This document shows, one piece after another, positions 59,723 through 64,000 of a stretch of 64,000 nt of DNA. The stretch lies in NCBI GenBank assembly GCA_031292385.1, contig JARLHE010000028.1:76693-140692 (forward strand), given 5' to 3'. Within the stretch, counting starts at the first letter, position 1. Each line of letters opens with the position of its first letter. The stretch is from Oligoflexia bacterium. GTDB lineage: Bacteria; Bdellovibrionota; UBA1018. A program made the position numbers and the translations under genes. The notes below the pieces were generated by a model, which worked only from the letters and a program-made list of their open reading frames with translations, had not been told where the DNA came from and searched no databases.

Positions 59723-60793
59723 TTACCCTTTTCTCTTCAATTTCTTTCGCAGGTTCTTTCGCGAGCGGGTTTGACGAACGGAACGCTCCACCAAGGCGAG
59801 CGCCTTTTTCAGTTTCGCCACATGCACGACCGCCGTGCCCGGGACCGTGATCGGGGCGCTCGTCACCCCGATCGCGATTCCGGTCAGCTTGGACTGGATT
59901 CTCGTCACCGTTCTTCCGAACGGGTTCAAAATGGACCCGATCGCGTCCCCCTCGTAGATCAAATCCCCAGGCCGGACATTCAAATCGAGAATGCCGCCTT
60001 TCCGGGCGCGAATCCAATCGCTCGACTTCACGATCACCTGGAAGGGCGGCCGCTTAAGCTCATGCTTGGGCCACATCTTCATTTTTGACATGACGTTCAA
60101 CACCCCGCGAAGCCCTTCGATCGAAACCCGGTTGGAGAATTTCCCCGTCTCGCCGGCCTCGAATAAAATCGTCGGAACGCCCGCCTCCGTCGCCTCTCGG
60201 CGCAAAGACCCCGCCACGCCCTGATGGTGGATCAATATCTTGGCCCCGAACGCGCGCGCAAGCGCCCGGACTTTGGAATTTCGCATATCGCCGCGCACGT
60301 GGGGAAGATTCACGCGACCGCTTGCGGCGGTATGCAGATCGATCCCGAAATCGCACTTCAGCACGATCTCGCGAAAAAATCGGTCAGCGATCATCTCCGC
60401 GTTATTGCCGACACGTTTCCCCGGAAAGAACCGATTCAAATCCCGGTGATAAGGCAGATAGCGCGATTGCGACAGAAAGCCCGGAATGTTCACGACCGGC
60501 ACCGCGATCAACGTGCCGGCCAGCTGGTGGTGATCCATGTCGAAAATGAGGCGACGGACGATATCCACGCCGTTGATCTCGTCCCCATGCACGGCGGCAA
60601 CCACGAAGGCGGTCGGTCCCGCTTTCATTCCGCGAATCACCGTCACCGGAATTTGAATGGGAGTGGAAAGAAACGACTCGGAAACTTTCAAATAAATTTC
60701 GCGTGTCTCGCCTGGCCTCACGCTGACGCCACTGATCTGGAATGCGTCCTCTTGCGAGCCTGGCTGCTTTATATGGGTGTCGCTTGAGTCCAT
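59723..60793 (-). CDS. Succinylglutamate desuccinylase / aspartoacylase family protein
   Basis: AVHGDEINGV...LHTA is the AstE_AspA Zn-binding pattern; 356 aa. Confidence 0.8.
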   Translation of the reverse strand: MDSSDTHIKQPGSQEDAFQISGVSVRPGETREIYLKVSESFLSTPIQIPVTVIRGMKAGPTAFVVAAVHGDEINGVDIVRRLIFDMDHHQLAGTLIAVPVVNIPGFLSQSRYLPYHRDLNRFFPGKRVGNNAEMIADRFFREIVLKCDFGIDLHTAASGRVNLPHVRGDMRNSKVRALARAFGAKILIHHQGVAGSLRREATEAGVPTILFEAGETGKFSNRVSIEGLRGVLNVMSKMKMWPKHELKRPPFQVIVKSSDWIRARKGGILDLNVRPGDLIYEGDAIGSILNPFGRTVTRIQSKLTGIAIGVTSAPITVPGTAVVHVAKLKKALALVERSVRQTRSRKNLRKKLKRKG

Positions 60794-60832
60794 CCGTTGG
60801 GTCTAGTATAGTCGAGCCTAGGTCGCCCGCAA

Positions 60833-61939
60833 ATGACTCCTCCTAAAAAAAAACCTCTGCCGCCCCCCAGCAAGGCGAAAGCTTCGCGCAAAATGGCCAA
60901 GCAGCCCGAGGTGCTTCCAGCCGAGGATCTGCATGCGGAAGACCTGAACACGGAGCAAGAGGACGAGCACACCGAGGACGCCGAAATCACCGACGAGGAG
61001 ATTTACTCACAAGTCCCGGCCGTCTCCTCCCAGCCTCCCCATCCGACTGACGCGGAACTTCCCGAGCCGCTCGACGCTGTGGCCCTGAACGGCAATGCCA
61101 TCTCGGTGCACGACCCGCTGCGCCGCTACATGGAAGAAGTGCGCCGCTATCCGCTGCTTGACCCCCACGAAGAATTCGAGCTCGCGATGAAGCTTCATCG
61201 CGACGGAGATCTCGATGCGGCAAAACGGCTGGTTCAAGCCAATCTGCGGCTCGTCGTGAAAATCGCCTTCGAGTACCGAAACATCTATTCAAACATGCTT
61301 GACCTCATCCAAGAGGGCAATGTCGGGCTCATGAAAGCCGTTTCGAAGTTCGACCCCGCCAAAGGCGCGAGAGTGGGCTATTACGCCTCGTGGTGGATTC
61401 GCTCCTACATCTTGAAATATCTCTTGGACAATTTTCGTCTCGTCAAAATCGGGACGACCCAGGCCCAAAAGAAACTCTTTTACCACCTGATGCGCGAAAA
61501 GGAGCGGCTCGAAGCCCAAGGCCTTTTGGCAGGCCCCAAGCTGCTGGCCGAAAAGCTCCATGTCCGGGAACGCGATGTGGTCGAGATGGAGCAACGACTC
61601 TCCGGCCACGGAGCGGAGCTCTCGATCGATACCCCCATCGATAGCAAAGGGGAATCAGCCGCCACCCACGGTGATTTTATGAGTGACGAGCATGAAGGCG
61701 CGGACGACCGCCTCGCCCAAAGCGAATTACTCCGTTTATTGGAGCGTCGCCTGCCTGAGTTCGAAAAGACCCTGGGAGACAAAGAACGTAGCCTGCTCAA
61801 AGACCGGCTTTTAGCGGAAGAGCCCAAAACCCTCCAGGAAGTCGCGGACCTTTATGGCCTTACCAGGGAACGGGCACGCCAAATCGAGGCGAAAGTAATC
61901 CAGAAGCTCCGGGAATTCCTCAAGAAAGATATCGAATAA
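60833..61939 (+). CDS. rpoH: RNA polymerase sigma factor, RpoH (sigma-32)-like, with an acidic N-terminal extension of about 90 aa
   Basis: Region 2 (LIQEGNVGLMKAVSKFDPAKGARVGYYASWWIRSYI), an RpoH-box-like TTQAQKKLFYHLMREK, and region 4 (LQEVADLYGLTRERARQIE). An alternative start is ATG 60893. Confidence 0.7.
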   Translation: MTPPKKKPLPPPSKAKASRKMAKQPEVLPAEDLHAEDLNTEQEDEHTEDAEITDEEIYSQVPAVSSQPPHPTDAELPEPLDAVALNGNAISVHDPLRRYMEEVRRYPLLDPHEEFELAMKLHRDGDLDAAKRLVQANLRLVVKIAFEYRNIYSNMLDLIQEGNVGLMKAVSKFDPAKGARVGYYASWWIRSYILKYLLDNFRLVKIGTTQAQKKLFYHLMREKERLEAQGLLAGPKLLAEKLHVRERDVVEMEQRLSGHGAELSIDTPIDSKGESAATHGDFMSDEHEGADDRLAQSELLRLLERRLPEFEKTLGDKERSLLKDRLLAEEPKTLQEVADLYGLTRERARQIEAKVIQKLREFLKKDIE

Positions 61940-62012
61940 AACCCCCTAAATCTGCTTTACAGCGACTAGCGGACCATGTTAATTCCCCGACAAAATAAAA
62001 AAAGGGAAATCA

Positions 62013-62294
62013 ATGGCAGCAGGAAAAACCGCAGGCAGAGAGAAAAAAGCAGCAATCGTCCAGAAGTTCGCACGCGCAGCAGGCGATACGGGATCACCCG
62101 AAGTTCAGGTCGCGTTGCTCACTCGCCACATCAACGACCTCAACGAACACTTTAAGAGCCACCCCAAGGATCATCACTCCAAGCGCGGGTTGCTCGACAT
62201 GGTTGGCCAGCGCCGCCGTTTGCTGAATTACCTGAAAAAGTCCGACGACAAGCGCTACACTCAGGTCATCACCGCTCTCGAGTTGAGAAAATAA
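62013..62294 (+). CDS. rpsO: 30S ribosomal protein S15
   Basis: [37 protein letters not shown]... Confidence 0.95.
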   Translation: MAAGKTAGREKKAAIVQKFARAAGDTGSPEVQVALLTRHINDLNEHFKSHPKDHHSKRGLLDMVGQRRRLLNYLKKSDDKRYTQVITALELRK

Positions 62295-62307
62295 TTCCTC
62301 TCGCTCG
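62277..62307 (+). terminator. Imperfect hairpin overlapping the rpsO stop (rpsO terminator / pnp leader processing hairpin candidate)
   Basis: cgag-tt-gaga ... tctc-g-ctcg, followed by ttcgt. Confidence 0.25.
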
Positions 62308-62373
62308 TTCGTGCCCTAGTCCTTTCACGGCAATATTTCATCGGCCTCATTGGCTGATAGACAGAGGTTTATC

Positions 62374-64000
62374 ATGATCCATCGCGTATCTACTGAATTG
62401 GGCGGCAAAACGCTCACTATTGAAACCGGCAAACTTGCGAAACAAGCCGACGGCTCCGTTTTCGTCAGCTACGGCGACACCCGAGTGCTCGTCACCGTTT
62501 GCTCCTCCTCCACCCCGAAACCTGGAATCGACTTCTTCCCCCTAACGGTCGAGTTCGCGGAAAAGTTCTACGCCGCCGGTAAAATTCCTGGCAGCTTCTT
62601 GAAGCGCGAAGGCCGCCCCACCCAGGAAGCCACGCTTTCGGCCCGTCTGATCGACCGCCCGATTCGCCCGCTTTTCCCGGAAGGTTACTACTACGACACC
62701 CAGGTCGTGGTCTCGGTCATGTCGGTTGATAAAGAAGCCGACGTCGACGTCGCGGCGGCAATCGGCACTTCCGCCGCCCTTCACATTTCAGACATCCCGT
62801 TCAACGGCCCGACCGCCGGAGTTCGCATGGGTCGCATTGATGGCAAATACGTCGTCAACCCGACCTGGGAACAGATCGACAACCAAACGACCGACATGGA
62901 AATCATGATCGCCGGCACCAAGAACGCCATCATGATGATCGAAGGCGGCGCGCGCGAAGTCCCTGAAGACGACGTTCTTCAGGCCATTCTTCTCGGCCAC
63001 AAAGAGATCGGCAAACTGGTCGGCATCGTCGAAGAGCTGCGCAAACTCTGCGGCAAGCCGAAGCGTGAATTCACTCCGGCCGCCATCGACGAAACCCTGA
63101 AGTCCAAAGTCGAGAAGCTCGCGAAAGCGAAGCTCACCGAAGCGCTCCGCACGAAGGAAAAGCACAAGCGCTACGACATGGTCGACGAAGCGAAAAAGGC
63201 GACGATGGAAGCGCTCGTTCCGGCTGACCTCAAAGAAAAGAGCCCGAAAGACGCCGATAAGCTCACCACAGAAGTCAAAACCTCTTTCGAGCTTCTGCAG
63301 TATAATTTGATGCGCGAAATGATCCTCGGCGAAGGCAAGCGCATCGACGGCCGCGACATGAAGACCATCCGTCCGATCGCAGTCGAGACCGGCATTCTTC
63401 CTCGCGCTCACGGCAGCTCCTTGTTCACCCGCGGAGAAACCCAAGTTCTCGCCGCAGTCACCTTGGGCACCTCGGACGACGAACAGATCGTCGACACGAT
63501 GTACCAAAATACGATGCGCAAATTCATGCTGCACTACAATTTCCCGCCGTTCAGCGTCGGTGAAACGGGTCGCATGGGCGGTCAAAGCCGCCGCGAAATC
63601 GGGCACGGTGCCTTGGCCGAACGCTCGATCAAAGCCATGATGCCTGCTTACGAGAAATTCCCGTACACGGTTCGCATCGTTTGCGAAACCTTGGAATCGA
63701 ACGGCTCCTCTTCGATGGGCTCGGTCTGCAGCGCGTCCATGGCGCTCATGGCCGCGGGCGTTCCTTATCCGAAGCCAGTCGCCGGTATCGCGATGGGCCT
63801 GATTAAAGAAGGCGCGCGCGTCGCGATTCTTTCCGACATCCTGGGTGACGAAGATCACCTGGGCGATATGGACTTCAAAGTCGCCGGCACTCGCGACGGC
63901 GTCACCGGCATCCAAATGGATATCAAAATCGAAGGTGTCGACGAAAGCATCATGCGCACGGCCCTCAAGCAGGCGCACGAAGGCCGTCTCCACATTCTGG
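62374..64000 (+). CDS. pnp: Polyribonucleotide nucleotidyltransferase (partial; continues beyond window end)
   Basis: [31 protein letters not shown]...FPLTVEF...; the RNase PH domains are open to the window end. It is not in the ORF track because there is no stop in the window. Confidence 0.9.
   Translation, partial: MIHRVSTELGGKTLTIETGKLAKQADGSVFVSYGDTRVLVTVCSSSTPKPGIDFFPLTVEFAEKFYAAGKIPGSFLKREGRPTQEATLSARLIDRPIRPLFPEGYYYDTQVVVSVMSVDKEADVDVAAAIGTSAALHISDIPFNGPTAGVRMGRIDGKYVVNPTWEQIDNQTTDMEIMIAGTKNAIMMIEGGAREVPEDDVLQAILLGHKEIGKLVGIVEELRKLCGKPKREFTPAAIDETLKSKVEKLAKAKLTEALRTKEKHKRYDMVDEAKKATMEALVPADLKEKSPKDADKLTTEVKTSFELLQYNLMREMILGEGKRIDGRDMKTIRPIAVETGILPRAHGSSLFTRGETQVLAAVTLGTSDDEQIVDTMYQNTMRKFMLHYNFPPFSVGETGRMGGQSRREIGHGALAERSIKAMMPAYEKFPYTVRIVCETLESNGSSSMGSVCSASMALMAAGVPYPKPVAGIAMGLIKEGARVAILSDILGDEDHLGDMDFKVAGTRDGVTGIQMDIKIEGVDESIMRTALKQAHEGRLHIL

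Overview
This 64 kb window is GC-rich (about 60%) bacterial chromosome that reads as core genome, not an accessory island. I found no tRNA or rRNA genes, no CRISPR array and no IS element.

The gene content is mostly housekeeping and is consistent with a Bdellovibrionota/Myxococcota-like proteobacterium, though I cannot assign the lineage firmly. In order:
- a partial uvrC 5' end running off the left edge, a Zn-ribbon protein and a lipoprotein;
- tag and a methyltransferase;
- a cysS-uvrB-DUF255 operon on the minus strand;
- a CarD/CdnL regulator and an acyl-CoA dehydrogenase;
- a complete, translationally coupled type II secretion operon gspC-D-E-F-G-H-I-J-K-L-M-N, with a glutathione-synthetase-like ATP-grasp gene fused onto its 3' end;
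- MerR-ihfA-pheT-pheS-rplT-rpmI-infC on the minus strand, then a Lys-rich protein, nadE and ndk;
- TCA genes sucCD, mdh and icd;
- a ThiBPQ-type ABC importer, a PilZ-like ORF and nadA;
- a YqjD/E/K-like small membrane-protein trio, an MBL-fold hydrolase and a TonB-C-terminal-domain protein, partly translationally coupled;
- lipoproteins, rdgB, a YdcF-like gene, rpmB and an orphan multi-TM histidine kinase;
- ridA, maeB, an outer-membrane protein and a secreted protein with a C-terminal anchor;
- an M16 peptidase, an AstE/AspA-family gene, an RpoH-like sigma factor, rpsO, and a partial pnp running off the right edge.

I did not find a clear-cut novel system. The most unusual points are:
- the T2SS operon that ends in the GshB-like ligase, and several oversized or low-complexity Gsp components;
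- a candidate GlyGly-CTERM-like sorting tail on a secreted protein;
- several structured or palindromic intergenic elements (positions 1866-1946, 12157-12169, 31509-31732 and 53596-53637);
- a Pro/Ser-rich N-terminal extension on IF3 encoded by 9-nt tandem repeats.

Many long ORFs on the opposite strand are GC-driven artefacts and are rejected. Coordinates I derived by hand for small elements may be off by 1-2 nt.
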